64,000 nt of DNA. Source: Eledone cirrhosa. Lineage: Eukaryota. The position numbers were made by a program, and so were the translations under genes. Of the stretch, positions 11,441 to 26,386 are shown one piece after another. Numbering within the stretch: position 1 is the first letter of the stretch; each line of letters starts with the position of its first letter. Under the pieces are notes generated by a model. That model was not told the DNA's origin and did no database searches. It saw only the letters and a program-made list of their open reading frames with translations. The stretch covers positions 143,034,001-143,098,000 of the forward strand of contig OZ024741.1 in NCBI GenBank assembly GCA_964016885.1, in the 5' to 3' direction.

Positions 11441-14384
11441 AACTTTTACTTTTTTTTTTATCACTGTTACTGTTTTCATTAACTAGTGGGGAGTCAAAGT
11501 TGAAATTTAATTCAACTTAGAACTTAGAAAGGGGTGGAACTTAACCTTGTATTGTAAGCAACCTGGTACTGGACTTTTTCAACATTATAAAAATGAAGTG
11601 GATACTATTAACAGTATTATTTATCTAACCAAGGCAAATACAGCATCTGGTGATTCCTTTGGGGAGGGAAGAGAGGGGTGTTTACAGTTCTCTGCAAGAC
11701 CTCAAACCCAGTAAGATACTCCTATGTAAATACCACAATAGGATAAGCACCCAAATGTAAAACCTACACACACACACACACATGGTATTATTATGCTGTG
11801 GCTATTGTAGCAATGTAAACTAGTTTAGAATTTATGCAAGTATTAAAACCATCAGTATTACAAGATGAAAGGGCTAAACCTTCCTTAAGGTAAGAAAATT
11901 TTATTTGTTTTAGATATCAATTTAAAAATAAAAAAGTTATTTTACTAAATCCTTCAAAATTCCCCATTATTAAGAAAATGAATAGAAGATCATAGGGTAA
12001 TGAAAGCATTAAAGAACTCAGATTTCAAACATTACAAAGAACAAGTCAGTTGTGCAGTGATCATAATACATAGCTATGAGATTATAAGAGGGAAAAAAGT
12101 GGTTTGCAGTGAAGATATCAAAGAATATTTGAGAAATGTCAGGGTTAAACAAATAGAGAGATGGAAGCTGCTTTCTGTTATTATATAAGATAAACACAAA
12201 AATACAAAATCGTTATCCACGATTACCTTTCCTAGAATTAAAGTGAAGTGAATTTTGATATGAAATTAGTTGAATAAACTGTAGTGACAAGTCTATAAGA
12301 TAGTAGACAGTATAGATAAATGCCATAAAATGAAGAGATGAATTTACATGTAATAGTAAAGAAACATACCTGAAGTAGCGCAGCAAAGTACACACCTGAG
12401 TAGTAGAGCAAGTAAGTGTATTGACCAAAGAGAAAATTGACTAAGGTTTGGTTTTTCAGAGTTAAAGACCGATGGGACATGTGTAATCATTTCACAGTTA
12501 TAACCAAGTAGGTTTCACTTTAAAGCAAAAACTTAAATATCCACAGGACTTTTTATCATTTCAAATTTTGATTTCACTTTTTTTTTTTTTTTTCAAATAT
12601 TTATTAAGAAAAAATTTCAATTTTTTTAAACAACAGTAGATAGATTTGTCTTCTATAAAGATATATACACACATACATACATATATATCAGTCTCTGCAG
12701 AGAATACATTTTTTTTCTTTTCTTTCCTTTCTGTCTTTTGATAGAGATACTTAATTTGTAATAATACAGCACCCTCCACAAACACACACAGCATGATAAC
12801 AGAACTCAAAAAGCTTCTATTAAGAATAATCATATCTTATGACAGTTAATTTTTGTCTTGTTTTTGTTTCCTCTTCAGACACATCAACCAATGTCTTTTG
12901 TGGGAAAGGGTCACATTAAATGTACATTTAGCGCAAAAATATATAAAAGAACTAAATAGTTATTTTAGATGCCTGAGTGTGTGCTGGTGGAGAGTGTCAA
13001 AATATGAGAAAAAAAAAAACAAAAACAAAAAAAAAAAAAACAGGGTGGACAAAAAATAAAACAAACAAAACATGGAAGCTCAATAATGGTTAAAAAAAAA
13101 TCATCTGAGTAAAATATAAAATTAACATCAACTAAATGTTGCTACACACAGTGAACAAACATACCAACCTGTTTAGCACTTATCCCAAGAGGTGAGTAGG
13201 ATAACCCACAGAGGCAATATTGAACTGAGGAAACCACACAATAGGTATGTAATCCAAAATATAAACATGGCTGCAGCATTAGACTTTTTTTTTCCTTCCA
13301 TGTATTTGGTATATGGATATTCAGCCCCCAGCTGTTTGCTAAGCTCCACTTAAAACAAACTAGAAAAAAAAAAAAAAAAAAAAAAAAGAACTCCCAGAAA
13401 TGATAGCTGGTAGCTGATGCATCATCATCACCACTGCTGTCATCATATTTTCTTCTTTTTGGTTTTGATTCAGTTTATTGTGGTTGGGATGTTGTAGTTA
13501 TTGTTTAAATCTGTGTATGCACAAATATATACATATACATATATATACATACACACACACATACATACATACATAGTTCTTCCTTATGTATGCATATGTA
13601 ATAAAGATCGATGTATGTATATATGTATACTTGAGACAGTAAATGCACCGCACTACATTTATATGCATGCATGAGCATTTACTAATTATGGATGTGTATA
13701 TGTCTTTGTGTAAATATTGAAAATACATTTGTACTTCAACATTTCACATTTCCAGTCACTCCAGGAGAGTACTTGGTTTTTAGGCTTACTTTGGTAAAAT
13801 GTGGTTTTTGATTGGTTCCTGGAATTTTCTTTTTTTTTTTTTTTAAATCAGAAAGGAAACATTTCTTCATTTTCTCCAATATCTTGTTATTCATGTTCTG
13901 GTTCTCTATTGTTTCACTCAACCTCCATATAGAAAATCTTCACTTCTCTCTCTAACAGTTCATTCCAGCAGAACTTTCCATTTTATTTTAAAGGCCAAGT
14001 TCAAAATGAATAACAAACAGGCCAGTAGACTAGACATGTCTATAAGATGGACCATTTAAAAACATGTTTTGTTCATTTGCTCAAATTGTAGATGTTGGCA
14101 TAATGGAGAGAAAGAGAGAGACATATAGTGAGGGAGTAAGAAACACCAGAGACTATCCACAATCAGATTTGTGTGTTGTTGCTGTAGCAGTTTCCCTTGG
14201 ATGTACAGACTGTCCATTAATTAATTCAAAGTTGGTCAAAAAGATTGGTAATTAAAAAGTCAAAGACACCCAAATATATCATTGTCCACTTCTGTTCAGT
14301 CACAAGTGGTTGAAAGTTGCTTCTTAAAAACAAACATCAAGCATATTCCAAGAAAGAAAGGGAAGGGACAGATCACCAAGAGTT

Positions 14385-14387
<3 letters not shown>

Positions 14388-14476
<89 letters not shown>

Positions 14477-14497
14477 TTATTTATTTATTTATTTATT
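14388..14497. repeat. (TA)n microsatellite followed by (ATTT)n
   Basis: Read directly. Confidence 0.97.
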
Positions 14498-15382
14498 TGT
14501 ATGTGTGTAATAGGATTTCTTTGTGTCTTTTGTATCAGTGACAATTTTTCTGTATCAATTCATTTTACTTCCATTTTTTATTTTTTTCCAGTTACTAATC
14601 CTTCTGGTAGCTTGACCAAGATAGATATAACATACATACATAAATATGATTGTAAATCTCTCTGGCACTAAAGCAGGAGGTGATGAAAGGATAAAGATAG
14701 AACAGAAATGCCAGAGTTGTTTTAGAAATGAAACTAATAAATATTCCATGTTTCAACTACTTTCTTCAGATTTCTCTCTCTCTTTTTTTTTAAAACAGAA
14801 ACAGGAATTTTTACATTGAAACATACAAATCATAAAATAAATACAGGCTATAAATTCTAAAAAATCATAAAATCATAATGAATATCATTCTCAAAATAAT
14901 AATAACAGTAATAAAAAAAACAAGAGCATTTGGCCCACTATGGGTTACATGAATGAAATAATAAAAACAATGATAATGATTTTGTATAACTAAATAATCA
15001 TAATTACAATATTTATAAAGTTTTGTAATATGGCTGTGTTTGATTCTGAGACCTGATGTCATTCATGTTTGCTGGATAGTGAGAGCTATAAGAGGTATGG
15101 GGAAGGCAAACATTATAAAATAGGATAAAGATGGGGGCAGGGCATGGGAGAGGAAATGAGGGACACAGATAGCAGCTACTGCTCTTAAACTTAAACCCCT
15201 TGTCTGGCAGTAATTGAAACCACTGAAAGTGTCAACTCTCTGGCTATGTGAGCATTACCTCTACCATCCACCTCCCCACAACCCAGAAACAATCAACATA
15301 TCTGTTGAATCTGAGTATCTACAACTTAATCAAGATGTGATGAGGCAGTGAGATGATACAGGAGCTAAAATGGACAACATCA

Positions 15383-15830
15383 ATAATTGTTTCTACATTT
15401 GGCACAAGGCCAGCAATTTTAAGGGAAGGGTAAAGTCGATTAAACTGACCCTAGTGTAATGCTGGTGCGTTATTTTATTGACCCCCATGAGGGTGAAAGA
15501 CAATGCTAACCATGGCAGGATTTCAACTCAGAGAGTAAAAGGCTGTAATTATATGCCACAAAAGCATGTCTGATGCTCTACTGACACTGCCAATCCAGTC
15601 TTCAACAACAATAATAATAATACGAATAATTATTTCTCACATAGGCACAAGGCCAGAAATTTAGTGGTGAGGGAAATGTCAATTACAATTAAATCTAGTA
15701 CATTAATGGTCCTCCTTTTAATGAGCTCAGACTAGTGAAAGGCAAAGTTGATCTCAATAGAATTTGAACTCAGAACGTACAGTACCAGAACAAATATCAC
15801 AAGGCATTTAGCTCTATCAATTCTGCCACA
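15383..15830 (-). mobile_element. Two tandem Nin/Deu-type SINE copies
   Basis: tttctacatttggcacaaggccag...ggatttcaactcag and tttctcacataggcacaaggccag...gaatttgaactcag. Confidence 0.8.
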
Positions 15831-16333
15831 TTACTATTAACAGTGATGGCTAGAATAGATAATTAGAAAGAAAAACAAACTCACAGGGAATATGAAAGAA
15901 AGAGGGAGAGAAAGAATCAATCCTTGGAAAAAGTCCAAAACCAATTAATCAAGATGGATTTTGAACTGAATACAAAACTGTTGTAACAATGAGATCTAGT
16001 TCCATCCTAACAACACTTTTGGTATAAAAAAAAAAGTCTGACGCCAGCATAAAAAAAAGCGGGGGAAAGAAAATTTTTAAGCAAGGAGAAAACCCGCATT
16101 AATAGCATTAGTAAAGTGGTTTAACTCAAGAATCAATTACACCTACTTTATGGTAAACACAGGAATTTTTAGAATGTCACACACACACACACATGTATTA
16201 TAACATGTAAACAATGACAATTCTGAGGTTGACAAAGCAAAATATATACCAACAAGGAAGTACAACTTCAACTTAATACTATTTAGTTAACTTATACAAG
16301 CGTGGAAAAACGGACGTAAAATCGGTGACGATT

Positions 16334-16334
16334 G

Positions 16335-16392
<58 letters not shown>

Positions 16393-16408
16393 TAGAGAGA
16401 GAGAGAGA
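16334..16408. repeat. (TA)n/(GA)n compound microsatellite
   Basis: Read directly; it follows a short RTE terminal stub (gcgtggaaaaacggacgtaaaatcggtgacg, about 16300-16330). Confidence 0.9.
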
Positions 16409-16909
16409 TAAATGTTAAGTTAATTTTTATAATGTATGCTAATGTATTGGGATGCTCACGTGGGGGTAAAAGTAGCCCTTCCTAATTCTAAAAAATATAT
16501 TGAGCTTCAAATTTTGAAGAAAAAAACAAAACAATGTATACTGCTGATTGCTAGAGAATTTGTACATTTTTGTTGTCCTTGTTTTGTATAAATAACACAT
16601 ATTTAACTTGCTAATATATCCATATCAAAATCTGAATCACTTTTAAAGAGTAACATAAAAATAAGAATGGCAAAATAAAAAATATACATATATTTTAAGA
16701 GTAGGAATCAGACTCCAGCATTGGTGACATGTGACAAAATGTTCCATATACATATATATTTCTATATATATACACATACAAACAGAAACAGTGTACAAAT
16801 TGTATACATACTTAAAGGAATTTTACAATGGATTGAGAAGAAAGTACATTTACATAAGATGCCAACAATATGCAAATTAGGGAAGAAAATTATACATACA
16901 TTGCAAAAA

Positions 16910-17914
16910 TAATGATTTCTGATTCAGGTACAAGGCCAACAATTTTGGGACAGGCGAAAGTCGATTAAATCAAACCCAGTGCATGAGTGGTACTTATTTT
17001 ATCAACCCCATAAGGATGAAAGCAAAGCTAACCTTGGTGGGATTTCAACTCAGAACATAAAAAGCTGTAACTATATGCTGCAAAGCATTTTGTCTGACAC
17101 TCTACCGATACTGCCAGTCCACATCCTAATAATAGTTGTTTCTACTTTAGGCACAAGACCATCGATTTTAGGAGAGGGAAAAGTCAATTAAATTGACTTC
17201 AGTGAGTTACTGGTACTTTATTTTATCGACCCTGAAAGAATGAAAGGTGAAGTTAAACTTGGGATTTAAATTCAGAATATAAAGGGCTGTAACAATATGC
17301 TGCAAAGCATGTTGCCTGACGCTCTACCAATACTGCCATTCCACCATCCTAATAATAATAATTCTTTCTAACAGAAATTAGGAGAGAGGGGAAGAGTTGA
17401 CTATACTGACTCTTACACTCAGCTGGCACATTATCTTCTCAACCTCAACAATATCTGTACTCAGAACATATGGAGCTTCAACTAAATACCACAAGGCATT
17501 TTGTCTGGCACAATTCTGTCAACCCACCACCATCAATAATAATAATAATGATGATAATGATTTCTTCATTAGGACATAAGGCCAGTAATTTGGAGGGAAG
17601 GGAACAGTCAATTACATTGACCCCCCAAAAGACTAAAGGAAAAATTGAGCGCAGAGTATAGGAATGAATACTATAAAGCATTCTATCCAACACTCGGCCA
17701 ACCCACTGAGCTTGTAATAATAATAATAATTGTTCCTACTTTGGGCACAAGGCCAGCAATTATCCCAGTGTATTACTGGTACTTTATTTTATCGACCCCG
17801 TAAGGATGAAAGGCAAAGTTAACCTCAGCGGGATTTGAACTCAGACCATAAAGGGCCGTAACTCTTTGCTGCAAAGCATGGCGTCCGACCCTCTACCGAT
17901 ACTGCCAATCCAGT
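16910..17914 (-). mobile_element. Head-to-tail array of about 5-6 Nin/Deu-type SINEs; the last copy (17728-17914) is young
   Basis: Repeated ggcacaaggcc / gatgaaaggc / ggatttgaactcag / actgccaatcc modules separated by (AAT)n. Confidence 0.85.
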
Positions 17915-19199
17915 GTAATAATAATAATGCAATTATATTCTCATCCATAAAACTGACCATAATCAAAAAGAAAAAAATATATTTATATTTTAAACAAATA
18001 ATATTTTTGTTACACACAAGCAACTTAAAAAAAAAACAAAAAAAAAACTGAGAATACAAATGGAATATTTTGGAAGGCACTTTCACATTGTTTTAGTAAC
18101 AACAACAACAAAAAAGAATATGATGAAATATAATGTACATAAAGTGATGAGTTTTATATGCATACAGAACAGTGCATATGTACATCAGGTGATGGATTTT
18201 TATATATGAGAACAGTATATGTACATTAAGTTTTGGATTTACATGTATACAGAGTAGTATACTATGTACATAAGGTGATGGGCTTATATATATATAAACG
18301 TACATATACACACACACACACACACAGTGCAATATCATATACAATATCAATATCAATATATTTGACAGCAATTTACCAGAGTATTTCTATTCGTCTGGTA
18401 TCAACCATGGTCTGGAAAATGTCAACAGAAAGAAGCACACTACTTTAGGTGAACGAAAAGAAATTTCTGAATTAAGGAGGGGAGCGAGTTAAGTAAGCAA
18501 CTAAATTAATTTAAACCAAGAGAATGTATAGTATGTAGCACAGATATCTTAAGACGAGAAGGCATGAAAACAAAAGCAAGAAATATGCCAGGGTAAAACT
18601 ATATAGTTTAAAGCATTTAGTCATATACACTATAATGCCTGACAACTATACAGTTCTCTCTTCTCTGAATAGTAATAAAGATTTCTAATTTAGGTGCAAA
18701 GCCAAGGATTTGTCTATTATATTAATCTCAGTACTCAGCTGGTACTTTGTTTTTTCAAACTTGGAAAGATGAAAGGCATGTTAACCATGGAGGGATTTGT
18801 AAAGAGCCAGAACAAACACTGCAATGGCATTTTATATGACACCCAACCAATTCTGCCCTCTTCTGAACAGTAAAAATAATTGAGACCACAAATTTTGTGG
18901 GTTAGAGACAGAGCTGACTCTAGTGTTTTACTGCTATTCATTTCCTTGACAGTATCACAGTAGAAGGATGAAAGGAAAAGCCAACTGGGCAAGATTTGAA
19001 GTCAGAACATAGAAGGATGAAACTAAATATTACAAGGCATTTAATCCAATATTCTACCATTTATGCCTTTTCTATCACTGATAATTTTTCATTCAGACAC
19101 AAAGCATGCTTTTTGTAAGGGTGGTGTTATAGTGGCTACTTATACCTCAAAACATTTACAGGTTCTGCCACAAAAATTGATTTTCTGGTTGGTATCTAA

Positions 19200-19233
<34 letters not shown>

Positions 19234-19553
19234 AAACACACTTATACATACATATAGCAGGGAAAGCAAACTTTGTGTGTCTGTCTTTGCACAGACATAT
19301 GATGTAGCAAAGATGGGCTTCTTAACTATTAGAGATCATTGAAGTCAATTAAGTGAACCCTTTTTATGTTAACATTTAGTAAACAGGAGGATAGTGTGCT
19401 TCTTTGAGGACCAAAGAAAATAAGACAACACTGCTTTGTGGAAAGGTTTTATTCGTCGCATTATAAGAATCTTAGTAAATAATGAAAGCAAATGAAGGTA
19501 TTACAAACATGAAATTCCTTCCATGTAAATGTGTCTAAAAATGGACCACACAC

Positions 19554-19594
<41 letters not shown>

Positions 19595-21173
19595 TAGATA
19601 GACATACAAAATGTTCAAATGTTACTTTTTTGTTGAAAATGAGAAGGAGCTTAATGTATGCTGTAGGGGTAAGTATTATATTTAAATTGAATTGTTCCCT
19701 CACAACCTGAGTTTCACACTACACCAATCTTCATTGTTCTCACATGAAAATTGAGGTGGCATAAAACAAATCATGAAAAAAGAATTCAGTTGATATACAT
19801 AAATACACACATATAAATATATATATACATATACACACATACACATCAACTCAAACAAAGTTGGCTATAAACTCTTACAAAATAAACTCATCTCCATTGT
19901 TTGCAGTAAATATTTTTACATCTCCACATTCCGCACATGCTAGTTGGAAAAATTGAAAGTAACAACTTTTATGGATGAGGGAAATTTGATTATATTGACC
20001 CCTAGTAGTTGACTGGTATATTGTTTTAGCAACATCGGAAGGATGAAAGGCAAAGTTAATAGCAGCAGGAGCCAGAACAAATTCTGTCTGATACTCTAAC
20101 AAATCTGATAATCCAATGTCTCTATTATTTCTGATAATAATTAAATAATTTACAGTTATGTTATAATGATTATGTCTCCTACCCCACAAAAAAATCCTAT
20201 GTTCCAATGTAAGAAGTTTTCAATTCTCCCAAATGTCTTGGGCCCCTGCAATCAACGGAAGAAATCATTATCATTTCATTATTATTACTATTATTATTAT
20301 CATCATCATCATCATCATCATTTTTCCAGGCTTGATAAAATAAGGTTATGAAAATGGACAAGTGTAGCACTAAAAAATGATAGCTCTCCTATCTGTCTAC
20401 TAAGTTAGTCAGTCTGAGAAGAACATGTTAGCAATCCAATGAAGATAGTTGAGAGGAAAACTATAAAGAAAATACATACACTCACAACTCCTGAGCCATA
20501 TTGAAATAATAATAAAAGGAGCAATCAGCAAGAGTTGAAAGACCTTTTTAATACAAGCACACACACATATATATATATAAATATATTCATACATATATAA
20601 ATATATATAGATAATGTGTGTGTGAATGTTTTTATATAAATATATATTTATATATATATATATAAACATACACAAAACAAAATATAATTTAAAAAAGAAT
20701 AGTTTCACCCACAACTAACAACGCCTGAGGGACGAGCTTCTCAATCTTATACACACTTCCATATTATTATACATACATACTGGGATAAAGAAATATAATG
20801 GTGATGCTACAATATGTCACTTTGTGATCACATCAATGTTAACAAACTGAGGAATAGGTAGGGGAGGGGAAAAAGCCAGGCAGAGAAAGACATTGTCACC
20901 ACTAGTAGCACCTTGTGTATATTTTTTTAAGCTAATGACCACTCAGTAGCTAAAAAATGGATTAAAAGCAAAGGAAATCGCAGCACAGCACGAAAAGGGA
21001 TAGCGTTTAGGTCAAGCAGCAGTTTGTGAAACGAAACTAAGCCATATTTTAAAGAGAAAGAAAATCAACTTTTATATTTTTATTTTTTACAATTAGTTTT
21101 AAGATAGTAATGAATACAGAAAAATAAATCCCTAAATTAAGCACACAGACATACATATATACACATATTATAA

Positions 21174-21213
<40 letters not shown>

Positions 21214-21639
21214 ATATATATATGTATTATAATTAAACATATATACATAAGATTCCCATCAACAAACAGATGTAAACTTTCCTATTATTCCATCCAAATC
21301 TTAGTTTCAAACTTTTGCAAACTGTACAATGTTTTAGTTACATTTTCAAAGTGTGCTCCAGTCATTTCTCATTAAACTCAATATTACCACACCTGTGTTT
21401 TTTTCTTCTTTTTTTGGCACTTCTTGTGGTAAAATCAAGCAAATGAAACAGTGAAACCCACTGTAACACTGCTTGTAGGAGTAAAATTTTTGATTGTTAC
21501 AATAAAATAATACAAGCAAATCTTGATGGGGAACTCTTTAAAATGTACCCCATCAAAGAAATGATTCACATATACACAGGTAATAAATATTATCCAATTT
21601 GGATATTTTTTTAAAATGTGATATTCTATACTGTTGTTG

Positions 21640-21640
21640 C

Positions 21641-21675
<35 letters not shown>
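21640..21675. repeat. (ATT)n microsatellite
   Basis: Read directly. Confidence 0.95.
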
Positions 21676-21676
<1 letters not shown>

Positions 21677-21837
21677 ACTAGTAATAAGTTACTTGAATAC
21701 AAAACAAAATTTCAGTTTAGTGTATTTTCACAAATCATTAGTTTTTTTTTAATGGAGCATGCAAAACAGGGAAAGAGAGGGAGGTATAATAGAGAGGATA
21801 AAAGGTTAGAAAAAATACAGCAGGTTGTAGAATTGGG

Positions 21838-21843
<6 letters not shown>

Positions 21844-21878
<35 letters not shown>

Positions 21879-21885
21879 TGTGTGT
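21844..21885. repeat. (GA)n(GT)n microsatellite
   Basis: Read directly. Confidence 0.95.
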
Positions 21886-22429
21886 GAGTGAGATATTCCT
21901 ACTGTAACAGCTTAAAAGACAAGTTCAAACAACCTCTACCAAGGAATCATTAATAGTAGTAGGATTAGTGAGAGAGAGATAGAAATATATATGTGTGGGG
22001 GAGGAGAGAAATTCTTACAATGTGGTGAGAGGAGTAAGAAACTGTCTTTCTTATGTAGGGAGAATATTCCATATGCTCTCACCAATTGACCACCCTTATT
22101 ATCATCACTTCAACAAAACATGTGTGTATCTTTTGTCACTTCTGCTATTATAACACACACACAAATAAGAAGAAAAATGATAAATACTAAATAGAATAGA
22201 AAGGAGAAAAGGAGGTGGAGGGAGTGACTATCAGAGCTTAAAGGAGGTGGAGGGGTGACTATCAGAGCTTTTAGGGGGGCAAAATGAAATACAAACAACA
22301 TAAAAAAAAATAATAACATAAACAAAGAGAGTGTAGTGAAAGAAAGAAAAAAATAAAGAGGCTGTTTGGTGGAATTGTTAAAAAAAAAAGGCATTAAATA
22401 AGTAAATATTATAAAAAAAAGGGGGTAAT

Positions 22430-22652
22430 AATAATTGTTTCTACATTTGGCATAATACCATCAATTTGAATGGAAGGAGAAAGTCGGTTACATTGACCCC
22501 AGTAGTTTTACTGGTACTTTATTTTATCGACCCCAGAAGGATGAAAGGCAAAGCAGACCTTAGCAGGATTTGAACTCAGAACGTAAAGGGCCGTAACTAA
22601 ATGCCACAAAGCATTTTGTTCGATGCTCCAACGATTCTACCAGTCCACCAAT
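22430..22652 (-). mobile_element. Nin/Deu-type SINE
   Basis: ctggtactttattttatcgaccccagaaggatgaaaggcaaag...ggatttgaactcag...ccagtccacc. Confidence 0.88.
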
Positions 22653-24522
22653 CATAATAATAATAATAGTAATAATTATAAATGGGGAGAGAATAAAAAT
22701 AAATGTATAACATAAAATAATATTTAAAAAAAGGTAGTGACCCAAGTGAAGTAGTTTGTTCATCCATAACCACAAGCAGAGAGAATGTTTTCCAACGAAG
22801 AAGAAGAAGACTTACGACATAAATATATATCTGGTCAAAGGTGTCAGCCAACTGGAATATATAATAAGGCAGAGAAAGAGATATAAGAGATTTAAATCTG
22901 ATGTTGGAATGTGTGGAAACGCAGCAGATAGGCAGAGAAACGGAGGTCAGGAATTATAGAAGCCAGGGACAGGGATGTGTGAGGAAGAGGAGAAAAACAA
23001 CAGAAGCAGCAGCTCTATGGATGGAGTGGAGATAAACAATTAGTTTGAGGTGAGCTGGGTGGTAGAGCAGTGTGGCAATAACAGGACCCAGTGTTGGTTG
23101 AGTTAAAGCAACAAATAATTTTCTAAATTAATTAGAAACACAAAATTCAATTGTGTGTATATGTGTGTGCATGTATGTGTATGTGTGTGCACATGCTTAA
23201 ATATATGTGTCACATGTGTGTTTGTATGTAGGTGTGCATGTTGGTATCAACATATGGTTACAAGAGGCAGGCCGGCCAAATTGGGCTATAATATATAATA
23301 GAGGATTATGGAAGTATGCATTTAAAATATGTTTACTTGCTACTATATATTTTTAAAGTTTTATAATAAAACCCATTAAATATAATACTAACTTATCAAC
23401 TAAGTAAATTAGAACCAACTTGTTTTTGTATTATAGAATGAGACTTCGATTTGTAAACATTAAAAAAGAAAGTTATATATTATAATCAGATATTGGATTT
23501 TGTAGCTGTGATAAACAACTTAAGATACATAATAAATAAATATATATGTGGAAGATATGTACTTCTATCAGCATAAACTATAAAACTAACTGCTAGTACC
23601 ATAAAATTCAACTAAAACCATGTTATATATATATATATAGAGTGAGAGAGAAATATTATATTTCCTTAATGTACTAGCAAAATTTTCATTTTGAGCAACA
23701 TTCTAATACAATTTACATTTTGTGCTATTTTTTATGAAATTGTTCTGGCAAGCCTGATATAACGTAGATTAGTATATAGAAGTTTAGTTGATTAAGAGTC
23801 CTCAACAATTCAAAGGCTGAGAGTTTCATCAAAAAGAAAAGTTGAACTCCAGCTGGATCTAAATTCAGAATGCAAGAAAACAGATAAATAAAAAAAATAC
23901 CTCCACCACTATACTAGGAGAAAAAATGAGGGAATGAAAAAACCAAAAATTTGTGAAATTTGGAAGCTAATGAATACACATAAACACACACACAAATCAC
24001 AATAAAGCCATTTTTTCATGAGTTAATGAATAGTCATTATTTTATAAAGAGTTGATATACTGTGGTTGTTATAAAGGAATAAGATATAGCCTAAATAATC
24101 AACACCAACGTTCTAATAGTAATAATAACAATATTACAGAACTAGGCAATATAAAATAGCTGATTGAACATGCAACCTAGCAAACATGCTTTGGCCCTAA
24201 TATTTATATATCTTGGAAATGTATGTCTAAGTATAAATGTATGGGTAGTGCTAGTTAATTAATAATTTCTACTTTAGGCACATGGCCAGTAATTAAAACC
24301 CCAGTATATGACGGGTACTTGATTTTATTGACTCTGAAAGGATGAAAGGCAATGTTGAACTTGACGGGGATTTGAACTCAAGAGTGCCAACATATAGAAA
24401 GAAATATACTGTAAAGCATTCTATTAGCTCTAATGACCACCACCACACCATAAATTAATGAAATCAGATGTAAGAGTTTCAGCCTGGAATTGAAAAGTCA
24501 CAGAGTGTTCACTAAATTAAGA

Positions 24523-24567
<45 letters not shown>

Positions 24568-24949
24568 TAAGAAAAAAAATACCATATTCAATGCACAGTG
24601 GCACCTGTATGAGAGAGAGATAGATAGACATTTACAAAACAATAGTAAAACACAAAAGAGAGAAGAATGAGATAAAACCCTGTGTTGTTGTTGCTGTTAC
24701 TATTACTAATATAACTACAACTCTATGGCATTTCAAACAAATAATAAACAGAGGGATGGTCAGTGTTATGTCTGATATGGTTAAAGGAAATGAAAGTTAA
24801 AAAAACAAACAAAAAACACAGAAATAAGTCAGTAATATGTGATACATGTATTATTCTGCATGGATAATGAGAAATTCTGAACAAAGCTGCCAATCCAGGA
24901 ATAAGATAATGATGAAAAGGTAGGATAATACTGTGTACATATGTACAAC

Positions 24950-25207
24950 ACATGTTGTTTGTAGAAGGGTTTTGTAGTGAGGTAATGCAGGAAGATAAGA
25001 AGAGAAGAGATCATGATGAAATTATTTAAAATTTAACAAAAAAAAGAGATTACCCTTCTTTCCTTCAAGCACGTTGTTTATAGAAGAGTTTTGTGGTAAG
25101 GTGATGCAGAGTTAAGAAATGAAAGTGGTGGAAAGAATAGAAGAAATCAAGATGATAATGACGATGAAGATATTTAAAATTGAACAAAATAATTTACCCT
25201 TTTTTCT
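24950..25207. repeat. Diverged ~120-bp tandem duplication
   Basis: gttgtttgtagaagggttttgtagtgagg...atttaaaatttaacaaaa...ttaccctt recurs from about 25070. Confidence 0.7.
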
Positions 25208-25624
25208 TTTAATAAACAAGACCATTCAAACGATTTTTGCATATTTAAATAACATTAGTAAAATTACCCATAGCTTTCTTATTCCTACCATAATTATATT
25301 TCTATATCCATAGATCTATCTATCTCTCTCTATATATATACACACACATATACGCTAATATTCTACTTAATTAAGGTAGGACTCATACCGCTATTAGAAC
25401 ACAATGTAGCATGGATATCTCATACTAGGGAGTTACATAGCTGCTATAGATTAGTCAATATATCAATAATATCCTAGTTCATTCCACTCTTTGAAATGAT
25501 TATAAAACAATGGATTGTTCAACTTGTATATATATATAATAAAGCTATTGATTTAAAAAAACTATGACAATTTGAAATGTGTGTCTCAATGCAAATGACC
25601 ACAATAATAGCTGGTCAATATGAA

Positions 25625-25803
25625 TAATTGTTTCTACTTTTGGCACAAGGCCAGAAATTACCCAGTACATTACTTCATCGACCTTGTAAGGATGAAAGGC
25701 AAAGTTAACCTCGGCAGGATTTGAACTCAGTTCGTAAAGGGACGTAACTGTGCTGCAAAGCATGGCATCCAACCCTCTACCGATACTGCCAATCCACCAC
25801 CAA
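25625..25803 (-). mobile_element. Nin/Deu-type SINE, young copy with internal deletion
   Basis: Close match to 52677-52865. Confidence 0.88.
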
Positions 25804-26178
25804 TATGAATAATAATAATAAAAAAAATTAAAAAAATGGACAGAAGCACCGCTGTCCAATTTTTTTCCATCTTCAGTATGCCACACCATGTCTGCTACAA
25901 CAATTTTAAAGAATATTTATAGTGACTATTATTGTAGTCATTGGGATGCTCAAATCTCATATTTAACACATACATACATATAGAACATTTGAAAAAAAAA
26001 AAAAAATTAATTAAGTCATAAGAAATAAGTGCTCTAACTACAGTTTCAGTAGTTGTAATGTCTTTGAACAGAATGTGCAGACTGCCAAATGAAAAACACA
26101 GAAGTTTGAGAAGAGTTTCGATGTGTTGTCATTTGATGACTGATCAACAAGAAACAGGAATGATATTAAGTTCTTAAT

Positions 26179-26215
<37 letters not shown>

Positions 26216-26386
26216 AAGAACAAAAATTAACAAGAATATTCCATTCCTGTAAGAATAACTCTTCAGAATCGATTAAATACAAATAAATATGTTCAAGAAT
26301 TCCAGTGAAAGAACGAAAAAGAATTAAAATTTATCAGTGATAAAAAATAAAATAACTATAGATACTTTAACTTAGTAACTATAGAT

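Noticed and set aside
14282-14671. ORFs rich in YIYI, CVCV, HTHT or poly-K/F, here and throughout the window
   Set aside because: Translations of microsatellites and homopolymer runs.
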